From Sinorhizobium meliloti (GTDB lineage: Bacteria; Pseudomonadota; Alphaproteobacteria; Rhizobiales; Rhizobiaceae): a DNA stretch of 32,000 nucleotides. The notes beneath the pieces were generated by a model. The model ran no database searches and had not been told where the DNA came from. It saw nothing but the letters and a program-made list of their open reading frames with translations. Below, piece after piece: positions 16,801-24,878 of this stretch. The translations under genes and the position numbers were made by a program. Each line of letters starts with the position of its first letter. Position 1 is the stretch's first letter. The stretch is taken from the NCBI RefSeq assembly GCF_017876815.1, contig NZ_JAGIOS010000004.1, positions 30,001 through 62,000 of the forward strand. The letters are read 5' to 3'.

Positions 16801-17367
16801 TTATCCGATGCGAACGACTGTTTCGGAGATGAACTCGAAGCTGGGAATTGCAAGGTTCTCAGGTGCGGGTCCCTTGCGGACGCGACCCGCGGTGTCGTAG
16901 TGCGACCCGTGACAGGGGCAGAACCAGCCGCCGAAGTCACCCGCCTGTCCAAGCGGCACGCAGCCCAGGTGCGTGCAGACTCCGATCATGACAATCCAGT
17001 TCTCCCTCCCCTCCCCGGCAGAGCGGGCAAGATCGGTTGCGGGCTGGTCATCGACAAGGTTGGCGTTGCGCGCCAGCGGATCCTTAAGATCAGCAAGTGC
17101 AGCCGCCCAGGCCGTCTCGATCTCTTGCTGGGTGCGGTTGCGAATGAAGACTGGCCGACCTCTCCACTTGACCGTCAGTGACGTACCTTCGACGAGAGAC
17201 GATACGTCAACCTCGATGGAGGCCATCGCAAGCGTCGAGGCGTCAGGACGCATCTGATCGATGAATGGCCAGGAGGCAGCCCCGACACCCACGACGCCGG
17301 CCATGGCTGTCACCAAGTAGAGAAAATCACGTTTGCTTGGCTCGACTGTTTCGTCTTTCGCCACAGG
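16801..17367 (-). CDS. petA: Ubiquinol-cytochrome c reductase Rieske iron-sulfur subunit (orphan copy)
   Basis: SKRDFLYLVTAMAG...WPFIDQMRPDAS...CTHLGCVP...CPCHGSHYD. The likely start is GTG 17367 (RBS AGGAAGG). No petB/petC follows. Confidence 0.85.
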   Translation of the reverse strand, partial: PVAKDETVEPSKRDFLYLVTAMAGVVGVGAASWPFIDQMRPDASTLAMASIEVDVSSLVEGTSLTVKWRGRPVFIRNRTQQEIETAWAAALADLKDPLARNANLVDDQPATDLARSAGEGRENWIVMIGVCTHLGCVPLGQAGDFGGWFCPCHGSHYDTAGRVRKGPAPENLAIPSFEFISETVVRIG

Positions 17368-17614
17368 ATAGTGCCTTCCTACCCCGGTTGGCTCAGCTTG
17401 CCCGCCAAAAAAACGTGGATGCCGTGCCCGTACCAAAGCGTGATGACCAGTACAATAGTTCCTGGAAGAGACGCTTTTGCTACCGAGGCATTATACGTCT
17501 AGGTGCAAGGCAATGGAAATGAGAAGGATTGGAATCGGAGTCTTGGCCTGAACCTGATCTGAGCATCCGGCCGCGATTTTGCCATGCGAACGTCGAACCC
17601 GGCTGAAGTGGTCA

Positions 17615-18064
17615 GTGCGACCTGAAACAGCAGGTTAGCCCTGCAGAGCCGCTGTCCGGTCCCTGTGGCACTGTAATTCGGCTCACCCCTATGTACCGGA
17701 CCGAAGCTGTCGCCTCAAATTGATCTCGTTTTCCAGCCGCGCCGGCACGCCCGGCATAAGCGGCCGCAGCGCACCTCAGGAGAGGGGAGCAGCCGAAGGC
17801 TACCCGCGCCCGCCAGGTAGCGCCGCAGGGTTTGCACCGGAGGCTTGTGGGAAACGCCGGCACCAGAGGGCGGAGTTTTACATGGAACCGCTTGCCGGGG
17901 GCAGTCGGTCCCGGTTTCCGCCTTCGGGCGGCGCTTCTCTAATCGGCGGGTCGAGGTCAAGCGCTTTTCGAGCTTTCCACTTGGTGCGGCGTTCGACGTT
18001 TCTTCGCGGCCCGTGCTTCTCTCCGGGATCGGCAATCAGCCCTCCCACCATGGGGTTCAGTAGA
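17615..18064 (+). ncRNA. ORF-less, hairpin-rich 450-bp segment beginning GTGCGAC; possible 5' (domain I-like) fragment of a group II intron or a non-autonomous element
   Basis: Starts with GUGCGA followed by the small hairpin CCUG-AAACAG-CAGG and GUUAGCC, as at the 5' end of the Ll.LtrB-type intron I remember. It contains a UUCG-capped stem (17918-31), a possible distal pairing AGCCCUGC/GCAGGGUU and only junk ORFs. It is flanked by the direct repeat TGAAGTGGTC(C)A (17604-14, 18065-76). No domain V or RT was found. Confidence 0.35.
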
Positions 18065-18076
18065 TGAAGTGGTCCA

Positions 18077-19389
18077 ATCTATGCTGCAACCTGACGACAT
18101 ATCATCGGTATAGCGCCGCGCACGAACTCACATCACCATCGTCCGCGAAGGACGTCTTCCGCCGCGAGGCGGAACTTTGAATATGCTTTCCCTGATTTCG
18201 TGAGACCCAACTTTCTTACACGGCCATGGGGCCGGCCGCTTCCCGCGTCCACCGGAATTCTGTGCCGTCTACCCACATTCGATGCATCACCACCGCAAGT
18301 CTGCGCGCCAATGCAACGTTGGCTTTCTTTCTGCCATGCCGCCTGGCAATGTTCATTGCCCATGCTTTTAGCCAGCACCATTTCACCAAACGTGTCAGCA
18401 TCGTCTGCGCCGCCTCATATAAAAGCGATCGCATCATCGCGTCTCCGCATAGGGAGATATGGCCGATCCTTTTGCTTTCGCCGGACTGGTTGAGCACCGG
18501 CGTGAGGCCTAGAGCGGCTCCCACCGACCGCGAATTGTGGAACCGGCTGGGAATGTCGATCGTCGCGACATAGGCTAACGAGACAACTGGCCCAACCCCG
18601 GGCACTGTCATCAGGCGCTTGCAAACTAGATCACGCTTCGCCTCCTGGACAACCTTCTTGTCCAGTTTGGCGAATTCCTCGCGCAGTTTGCGCCGTCCAG
18701 CGAGCAAAGGCTCCATGATCTCCAGCAGATCGGCGTCCGCCTCAACGAGCTCGCGTACCTTCTCCTCGAACGTCCCTACGGACACCACGCCGACCTTAAG
18801 CCCGAAGTTGCGCAGGAGCCCACGCATATCGTTCTCGAGCGCGATCGCCTTTTCCTGCAGCAGCGAGCGAGCCGTCAGCAGGGCACGACGCTTCTGGCTT
18901 GTGAGCGTCTTCACGTGCACATTCTTGAAAAGACCGACCCGCATCATGTGCGCAATGCCGCGAGCGTCGTTGCGGTCACTTTTGTTCGTTTGCGAAGCTT
19001 TTAGGAAGCCCTTCGTATGACGCGTCTCGATGCAGAATACGGGGAGGCCGGCCTTCGCCAGTCCGTCGAAAAGCCATTGGGACATTGGTCCCGCCTCCAG
19101 GCCAATACGCTCCAAGCTGAGTGCGGGATTGCTCAGGATAGTGACTAAATCTTCCGGGTGAGACACCACCTTTTTCTCTTGGCAGGTCCTTCCGCTTGCA
19201 TCGACAATACAGACGCTCGTTTCTTTGACAGAGACGTCGAGGCCGGCGTAATGTTGCATGGCTGCGCTTCCTCTTTCTGATGCTTGTGGCTGTTACGAAC
19301 AGACCACGTTTTATCATCAGCTCGGAGCGCAGCACCTTCCTTCCGGTCGGCGAAGATGGGGCACGAAGCCGATTACCCCATCTATGCTA
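18077..19389 (-). mobile_element. IS110-family insertion sequence (about 1.3 kb)
   Basis: An intact transposase ORF is flanked by about 130-140-bp non-coding ends. The element is bounded by imperfect direct repeats CCNATCTATGCT..AACCT (18074-18092 and 19387-19405). Confidence 0.75.
18216..19259 (-). CDS. IS110-family transposase (DEDD-type recombinase)
   Basis: 347-aa ORF MQHYAGLDVSVKETSVCIVDASG...GLEAGPMSQWL...KSDRNDARGIA...LMTVPGVGPVVSLAY...SGESKRIGHISLCGD. Confidence 0.92.
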   Translation of the reverse strand: MQHYAGLDVSVKETSVCIVDASGRTCQEKKVVSHPEDLVTILSNPALSLERIGLEAGPMSQWLFDGLAKAGLPVFCIETRHTKGFLKASQTNKSDRNDARGIAHMMRVGLFKNVHVKTLTSQKRRALLTARSLLQEKAIALENDMRGLLRNFGLKVGVVSVGTFEEKVRELVEADADLLEIMEPLLAGRRKLREEFAKLDKKVVQEAKRDLVCKRLMTVPGVGPVVSLAYVATIDIPSRFHNSRSVGAALGLTPVLNQSGESKRIGHISLCGDAMMRSLLYEAAQTMLTRLVKWCWLKAWAMNIARRHGRKKANVALARRLAVVMHRMWVDGTEFRWTREAAGPMAV

Positions 19390-19479
19390 AACCTCCTGCG
19401 GCTGCCCTTTTAACCGGTCAAGCGGTGCGCGAACTGGCTTCGGCTGCGCCTACGTCTTGTATGCGCATTTGTTTGCTTC

Positions 19480-19740
19480 AGTGGGGAAAGGGCGCGCTGC
19501 CCCCTCTCCCCTGCAAGGGGAAAATCGGTCTCCCCGTCCTTCCTCCGCTCGCCTTTAGCTCGCTCCGTGCAGGATCGACGCGGACCCGCTCGAGGCGGAT
19601 TTGCGTCGCCCCTTCGGGCGGGTGATCCCCCTCCGATTTGTCCCCTTGCCCCCCTCTCCCCCGCTGCTCCGCGCGAGCTCGGGGAGCAGGAGCGGGGCTC
19701 CTGCCCCTTCGGGCATGAGGCCGCTTCGCGGGAATAGGGA
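19480..19740. repeat. GC-rich palindromic / UUCG-hairpin repeat cluster upstream of the ParB-like gene
   Basis: Inverted copies of GCAAGGGGA(A/C)AAATCGG (about 19511-19527 and 19633-19649), direct copies of CCCCTCTCCCC, and two GCCCCTTCGGGC hairpins (about 19608 and 19703). Confidence 0.5.
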
Positions 19741-19753
19741 AAAGGGAACCATC

Positions 19754-21670
19754 ATGACTGACATCATCACCGTTGCATTGAGCAAGCTGGACGCCGATCC
19801 GATGAACGTGCGCAAGACCTACAGCGCCGAGGGCATCGAGGCGCTGGCGGCAAACATTCGAGCCGACGGCTACCGGCTTCTGCAGAACGTCGTTGTTCGC
19901 AAGGGCGACAAGAAGGGCCGCTATTTCGTCGTCGCTGGCGGCCGCCGATTGGTTGCGCTCAAGCTGTTGGCGGAGGCGGGCGAGATCGCCAAGGATTACC
20001 CCGTCGAGTGCAAGGAACGCGAAGGGGAGATCGCCACGGAAATCAGCCTCGCAGAGAACGTCATGCGCGAGGAAATGCACCCGGTTGACCAGTACGAGGC
20101 ATTTGACGCATTAGCCAAGCAGGGAAAGGACATTGCCGATATTGCCGCGCGGTTCGGCACGACCGAAACCATTGTCCGTAAGCGGCTGGCTCTCGCCCGC
20201 GTTTCGCCGATCCTTTTGCAGCAGTTCCGCGACGACGACATGAGCTTCGCGCAGCTATCGGCCTTCACGGTCAGCGATGATCACGAAAGGCAGATGACCG
20301 TTTGGAACTCGCTTCCTTCTTGGAACCGCGACCCTCATTCGATCCGGCGAGCGCTGACCGAGGAAATGATTCCCGCGACCGATAAGCGTGTGCAGTTCAT
20401 CGGCGGACTGGAGGCTTACAAGGAAGCCGGTGGACAGGTTCAGCGCGAGCTTTTTGACGAGCGAAACGCCGGTTACGCGATGGACGTTGCCTTGGTCGGA
20501 AAACTCGTGGCGGAAAAGCTCGAGACGGCCGCCGCGGCCGTTCGTGCCGAAGGCTGGAAATGGGTCGAGTGCTCCGCCACGGCCCCCGCTGGTTATCATG
20601 CGATGAAGCGCCACTATCCCGAGGCTCTTCCTCTTTCCGAGCAAGATCAGGCTGCGCTCGATGCCGCACAGGCGGAATATGACGAGCTTGCCGAGTTGAC
20701 CGAAAGCGGCATGGCCGACGACGAGGCAGAGGCGAAGCTGTCTGACGTCGAAAAGCGGATCGACACTCTCAATGCCCGATCGGAAGCCTATAGCCCGGAG
20801 GCGTTGGAACAGGCGGGAACCTTCGTCTTCCTCGACTATTACGGACGGCTTGCCATCGAGCGCGGTTTTGTGAAGCCGGAGGCAGTCGGCGAGGACGAGG
20901 AACGCGAAGGCTTGCCGAGCGCCAGCAGCGCGGCAAAGCCCAAAGTACCAACGATAAGCCATTCCGCCGCGCTGATCGAGGACCTGACGGCCCACAAGAC
21001 CGCCGCCTTGCGGATCGAACTGGCGAATAATCCGGACGTGGCGCTTGTTGTCGTCGTTCATGCGATGCTGCTGCGCGTGGCCTATCCGTACAATTCGGAG
21101 CAGAGCGCCCTACAGTTGTCGCTCACGCACGAACGGTTGGAGCCGTCGATGAAGAACGCGGAAAGCTGCAAGGGTCTTTCCGCCTTCAACGATCTTGCGG
21201 AGAACTACAGCCATCACCTGCCGGGAAACCCTGCCGATCTGTTCGACTGGCTGTTAGAGCAGCCGCAAGACATGGTGCTGTCGCTTCTGGCCTTCGCCGC
21301 GGCCCACTCGGTCAATGCGGTGGAGAAGAAGTTTACGGACCGCAAGAAGGGCATCGAGCAGGCGAATCAGCTTGGCCGAGCGCTCAAAGTGCACATGCCG
21401 GATTGGTTCGAAACGACCGGCGACAGCTATTTCAAGCACGTCAACCGCACGACCATCGAACTTTCGGTGGCCGAGGCGAGAGGCAGTGACGCGGAATTGT
21501 CGGTGAGAGCCGCCGCCAAAAAGTCCGAAGCCGTCATGATCGCAGATCGCCTTGTTGCCGGAACCGGCTGGATACCGGCCCCGGTTCGTGTAGCCCCCGC
21601 CGAGGCGGAACGGGAGCTTCAAGCCGAGAGCATCGCCAAAGACGAACAGGTCCCCCAAGCGGCTGAGTAA
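19754..21670 (+). CDS. ParB/Srx N-terminal-domain protein (638 aa) of the conjugative plasmid / ICE type
   Basis: MTDIITVALSKLDADPMNVRK...VVAGGRRLVALKLL...ISLAENVMREEMHPVDQYEAF...IAARFGTTETIVRKRLALARV. Start at ATG 19754; the upstream part of the track ORF is low-complexity repeat sequence. Confidence 0.85.
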   Translation: MTDIITVALSKLDADPMNVRKTYSAEGIEALAANIRADGYRLLQNVVVRKGDKKGRYFVVAGGRRLVALKLLAEAGEIAKDYPVECKEREGEIATEISLAENVMREEMHPVDQYEAFDALAKQGKDIADIAARFGTTETIVRKRLALARVSPILLQQFRDDDMSFAQLSAFTVSDDHERQMTVWNSLPSWNRDPHSIRRALTEEMIPATDKRVQFIGGLEAYKEAGGQVQRELFDERNAGYAMDVALVGKLVAEKLETAAAAVRAEGWKWVECSATAPAGYHAMKRHYPEALPLSEQDQAALDAAQAEYDELAELTESGMADDEAEAKLSDVEKRIDTLNARSEAYSPEALEQAGTFVFLDYYGRLAIERGFVKPEAVGEDEEREGLPSASSAAKPKVPTISHSAALIEDLTAHKTAALRIELANNPDVALVVVVHAMLLRVAYPYNSEQSALQLSLTHERLEPSMKNAESCKGLSAFNDLAENYSHHLPGNPADLFDWLLEQPQDMVLSLLAFAAAHSVNAVEKKFTDRKKGIEQANQLGRALKVHMPDWFETTGDSYFKHVNRTTIELSVAEARGSDAELSVRAAAKKSEAVMIADRLVAGTGWIPAPVRVAPAEAERELQAESIAKDEQVPQAAE

Positions 21671-21734
21671 CATCAGTCGCGGGCCGGTCACGTTCCTCCC
21701 GCGTGATCGGCCCTTCCCGCTGCACGACGCCGCT

Positions 21735-21802
21735 GATTGTGGGCCAGGATCGACCTGGCCCACAATCATATTGAGGGGAGGCCCGATTCCCCCTCCCCTC
21801 AA
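21735..21802. repeat. Two adjacent perfect hairpins (14-bp and 11-bp stems) downstream of the ParB-like gene
   Basis: GATTGTGGGCCAGG-atcga-CCTGGCCCACAATC (21735-21767) and TTGAGGGGAGG-N10-CCTCCCCTCAA (21771-21802). No U-tract follows. Confidence 0.5.
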
Positions 21803-22082
21803 ACTCCCCTTCCCCCCAGATTTCCTACGTTCCAGGAACTCTTTTGCATCAAAATGCTTCAGCCTTGCGGCCCAAAGCCGGCGTTCTAAAATCAGCAAAA
21901 ATGCCGCAAGCTGCCAAGAAATAAGGGCATTCTCGGCCTAACACGCGCCCTTACGGGCCTTTGCGTGTAGCACGTTGTTGCACCTTTTTGATTTATGAGG
22001 TTATTTTTCAGATGGCGGAATCAGTCGTGATTCCGGCGCTCACGCATTCTGATCAATTTTCACGGAGATGACAGGCCCGACC

Positions 22083-22120
22083 AGAAAAGAAAAACCGCTC
22101 CCGAACAAGTCCGGAAGCGG
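22083..22120 (-). terminator. Rho-independent terminator on the minus strand, upstream of and antisense to the repC-like leader
   Basis: On the minus strand: CCGCUUCCG-GACUUGUU-CGGGAGCGG (9-bp stem with one G-U) followed by UUUUUCUUUUCU. Confidence 0.55.
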
Positions 22121-22150
22121 GGTCCTATGAGTCAATAAATTAGCCAAATC
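22083..22150 (-). ncRNA. Candidate counter-transcribed RNA (ctRNA) controlling the repC-like gene
   Basis: The terminator above, plus a TTGACA -35-like hexamer on the minus strand at 22175-22180. These predict a transcript of about 55-65 nt antisense to the repC leader, as in repABC / repC-only replicons. The -10 is weak. Confidence 0.35.
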
Positions 22151-22242
22151 CTTTCTCGCAGACCCTCCCTTCCCTGTCAATTGCAAAAGCACCTTTTCGG
22201 TGAACGGCGAAGCTTTGCCTGGTCCCTAGACGGAGACGAGGA

Positions 22243-23520
22243 ATGGGGAATACCCAAACGGATCAGCGGCCGATCGGCCGCAGGATAACGCCGCAGCGTG
22301 CACACTACCGGCGTCTGGCAGAGTCGGCGGATATCGGAACCGTGACGCGTGCTCAATTGGCCGTGCTTGCGCAAAGCCTGACATGCACAGGGTTGATCAA
22401 TGGGACCGAAAGTCACCTGTTGGTGGCGCTGATCAACACAGCCCCCGCCGAATCGTTCGACAAGTCCGGCCGTCCGATCATCTTCAAATCGAACCAGCAA
22501 CTGGCCTTTGAGATCGGCCGCTCTGTCGGGCGCGTCAGCCGAATGCTGTCGCGCCTGTTCGACGCGGGTTTGATCACGATGCAGGACAGCGGCAACTACA
22601 AGCGCTATCCGATCCGCAACGTCGATGGCGAGATCACGGATGGTTGCGGGATCGACCTTCGGATCCTGATCGTCCGATATGCCGAGCTCGACGAACTCGT
22701 GAGGCAGGTCCGCGCCAAAAAGAAAGCAGCCGATGCGGCCTTGCGGCGCTATCGTGGGGCGCTTCGAAATGCCCGCTATGCCCTTTCGACAGCAGCAGAG
22801 CTTTCCGCGCAGGTGTTGGATCGCATTGCATCCCGCATCGAGCGCGTAAGCGATTTTGTTGGAGCTGCCGGCAAGGCCTCGAGTGGGATGCTGCGGCGCG
22901 CGACCGCCATTTTGGAGTGGCTTGTGGAGCGGCTGATGCGCCTCCCCCGCCGATCTGCAGAAGTGCCAGGAACCAAGAATATGACATGCCCGCATGTCGA
23001 AAACGGCATGCACATACAGATTACAACCCCACATCCCTTTGACGATAGTAGTGAGGAACGGCGTTCGGCTAACGCCGAACAACCTAATTCGCTTAAGGCT
23101 GGCTCCGCCAGCAAATGGGCTTTTGAAGAAAGCCTGGGGCGACGCCGGAGCGAAATCAACCAGCCACGGCGCTTGCCGCAGGCAATGGTGGCATTGCAAG
23201 ACGTGGTTAGGGCGGTGCCAGCGCTGAAGACCTATGGGTTTGCCCCCACCAGTTGGGCCGACCTGGCGCGGGCCGTGCCGCTGATGTGCCGGTTTGCCGG
23301 TATCTCCGAGGATGCCCGCGCCCGCGCCGTCGAGCAGATGGGCGAGCAGCAAGCCGCCGTCGCCGTCGCCGTGACACTTGAGAAATACGACCGGCAGGAA
23401 GTCAGCTCGCCGGGAGGCTATTTGCGGGCTATGACGGACCGCGCCGCCGCGGGCGAATTGTATCTCGCCCGCTCTGTCTTCGGGCTCGCCGCCCGAAATT
23501 CCATGGAGGTCAGACATTGA
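22243..23520 (+). CDS. repC: RepC-like plasmid replication initiator (orphan, with no repA/repB)
   Basis: 425-aa ORF with RepC-like landmarks: GRR near the N-terminus, IIFKSNQQLAFEIGRSVGRVSRMLSRLFDAGLITMQDSGNYKRY, GIDLRIL, HIQITT, and C-terminal SPGGYLRAMTDRAAAGELYL. The antisense 446-aa ORF is rejected. Confidence 0.8.
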   Translation: MGNTQTDQRPIGRRITPQRAHYRRLAESADIGTVTRAQLAVLAQSLTCTGLINGTESHLLVALINTAPAESFDKSGRPIIFKSNQQLAFEIGRSVGRVSRMLSRLFDAGLITMQDSGNYKRYPIRNVDGEITDGCGIDLRILIVRYAELDELVRQVRAKKKAADAALRRYRGALRNARYALSTAAELSAQVLDRIASRIERVSDFVGAAGKASSGMLRRATAILEWLVERLMRLPRRSAEVPGTKNMTCPHVENGMHIQITTPHPFDDSSEERRSANAEQPNSLKAGSASKWAFEESLGRRRSEINQPRRLPQAMVALQDVVRAVPALKTYGFAPTSWADLARAVPLMCRFAGISEDARARAVEQMGEQQAAVAVAVTLEKYDRQEVSSPGGYLRAMTDRAAAGELYLARSVFGLAARNSMEVRH

Positions 23521-24029
23521 GACGTAACGCTTTGCCGGCGCTATTCGCCGCCCTCGTCATCGTTCACGGTTCGGCAGAGGCCGCGGATTATTCCGGCCGT
23601 GCCCGCGTGATCGATGGCGACACCATCGGCATAAGGAATCAGCGAATCAGGATAGCGGCGATCGATGCTTGCGAGCGCGACCAGACCGGATTGAAAAACG
23701 GGAAGTTATGGCGCTGTGGCGTCGCAGCTCGCAGCTATCTTGGGAAAATGATCGACGGCCAGCACGTTCGCTGCGACATCATCGATCAGGATCAGTATCG
23801 CCGCCTGGTGGGCCAGTGCTTCATTGGAGACGTCGATATCGGGCTTGCGATGGTGAAGGCAGGACTGGCGGAGGCAATGCTACGGTACCTGCCGGCGACA
23901 CACTCGATCAGCGAGGTCGAGTACGGCCAGGCCGAGAACCGCGCCCGAGATAGCGGCTTTGGCATGTGGTCCGCGGAGATCGAAAGCCCGCACGAATACC
24001 GCCGTTCGAAATCTTCCCGGATTCCGTGA
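23517..24029 (+). CDS. Secreted thermonuclease (SNase) family nuclease
   Basis: TTG start with GGAGG RBS overlapping the repC stop (TTGA). Signal peptide MRRNALPALFAALVIVHGSAEA. Also VIDGDTI...IRIAAIDACE...DQYRRLVGQC. Confidence 0.85.
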   Translation: MRRNALPALFAALVIVHGSAEAADYSGRARVIDGDTIGIRNQRIRIAAIDACERDQTGLKNGKLWRCGVAARSYLGKMIDGQHVRCDIIDQDQYRRLVGQCFIGDVDIGLAMVKAGLAEAMLRYLPATHSISEVEYGQAENRARDSGFGMWSAEIESPHEYRRSKSSRIP

Positions 24030-24426
24030 CCGGAGATAGCCAATACGGAGCAGTGGCGCCGACGGCGCGCGAAGCATTTTGCTGCAGTGTCGCCGTCGGA
24101 ATCGCCGGAAATCCCGTTGATCAGGTCGCTTAATTGCAGCATATTGGCGCAAATTGTGCGGTTGGTATGTCGCTGACAAACGGGGAAACGTTGCCAAAAC
24201 GGTTCAAGCCATACTCCTCCAGGGCGGTTGCTTGTGACGCTCGTTCGCACGTCGACGCGGTTTACGCAAAGCGGACGCCACAAAAATTTCCCCGCCTTCG
24301 GCTTCCTCGCGAAGCAAATTTTTGCGTCCTCTCGCCTCCTCCGCTCACGCTCCGGCCTACCGTGCGCACCGCTTTCCGCCGTGCCTTTGGAACGATCATC
24401 GCAACCACCAAAGAGGAGTGAAAAAC

Positions 24427-24759
24427 ATGAACATCACCAACTACATCCAGTTCGACGGCGACAACCTCGACACCGCAAAGGGCGCCGGCCTCATCTCCAC
24501 CATCGACCGCGACATGGACATCAAGGTCGTGCCGTTCGCGTCCGACAATGAAAAGGCCCCGACGCACCGCGTCTACGCCAAGTCACCGCGCGGCCATGAC
24601 ATCGAGGTCGGCGGCATCTGGAAGAAAGACAACCAGGACGGCAAGCCGTACTACACCCTCTCGATCCGCAAGCTTCGCTACAACGCCAATCTCGGCCGGT
24701 TCCCCGGCCAGGACGATGCCTCCCTGCAGGCGATCATCGAATGGGAACCCCGCGATTAA
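24427..24759 (+). CDS. DUF736 family protein
   Basis: 110 aa, RBS AGAGGAG. The pattern NEKAPTHRVYA...EVGGIWKK..DGKPYYTLSI...ANLGR...LQAIIEW matches DUF736 proteins of alphaproteobacterial ICEs and plasmids. Confidence 0.8.
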   Translation: MNITNYIQFDGDNLDTAKGAGLISTIDRDMDIKVVPFASDNEKAPTHRVYAKSPRGHDIEVGGIWKKDNQDGKPYYTLSIRKLRYNANLGRFPGQDDASLQAIIEWEPRD

Positions 24760-24878
24760 TCCGCTCACAGCGCCCGGCCAGCAGCCGGGCGCCTACCTTC
24801 GAAAGGCCGGAAAATCCCGCAAATTGCTGGATTTTCAGCACTTTTCCTGCTAGGGTGGCCCGTAACTGGAGATTGCCG

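Noticed and set aside
19478-21898. Minus-strand ORFs 19478-20080, 20255-21061 and 21254-21898, antisense to the ParB-like gene
   Set aside because: They have typical antisense GC-rich ORF composition. The plus frame has ParB N-terminal-domain motifs.
22177-23517. 446-aa minus-strand ORF covering the repC-like gene
   Set aside because: It is low-complexity and Arg/Gly/His-rich with no recognisable motifs. The plus frame contains the RepC landmarks and is coupled to the downstream nuclease gene.
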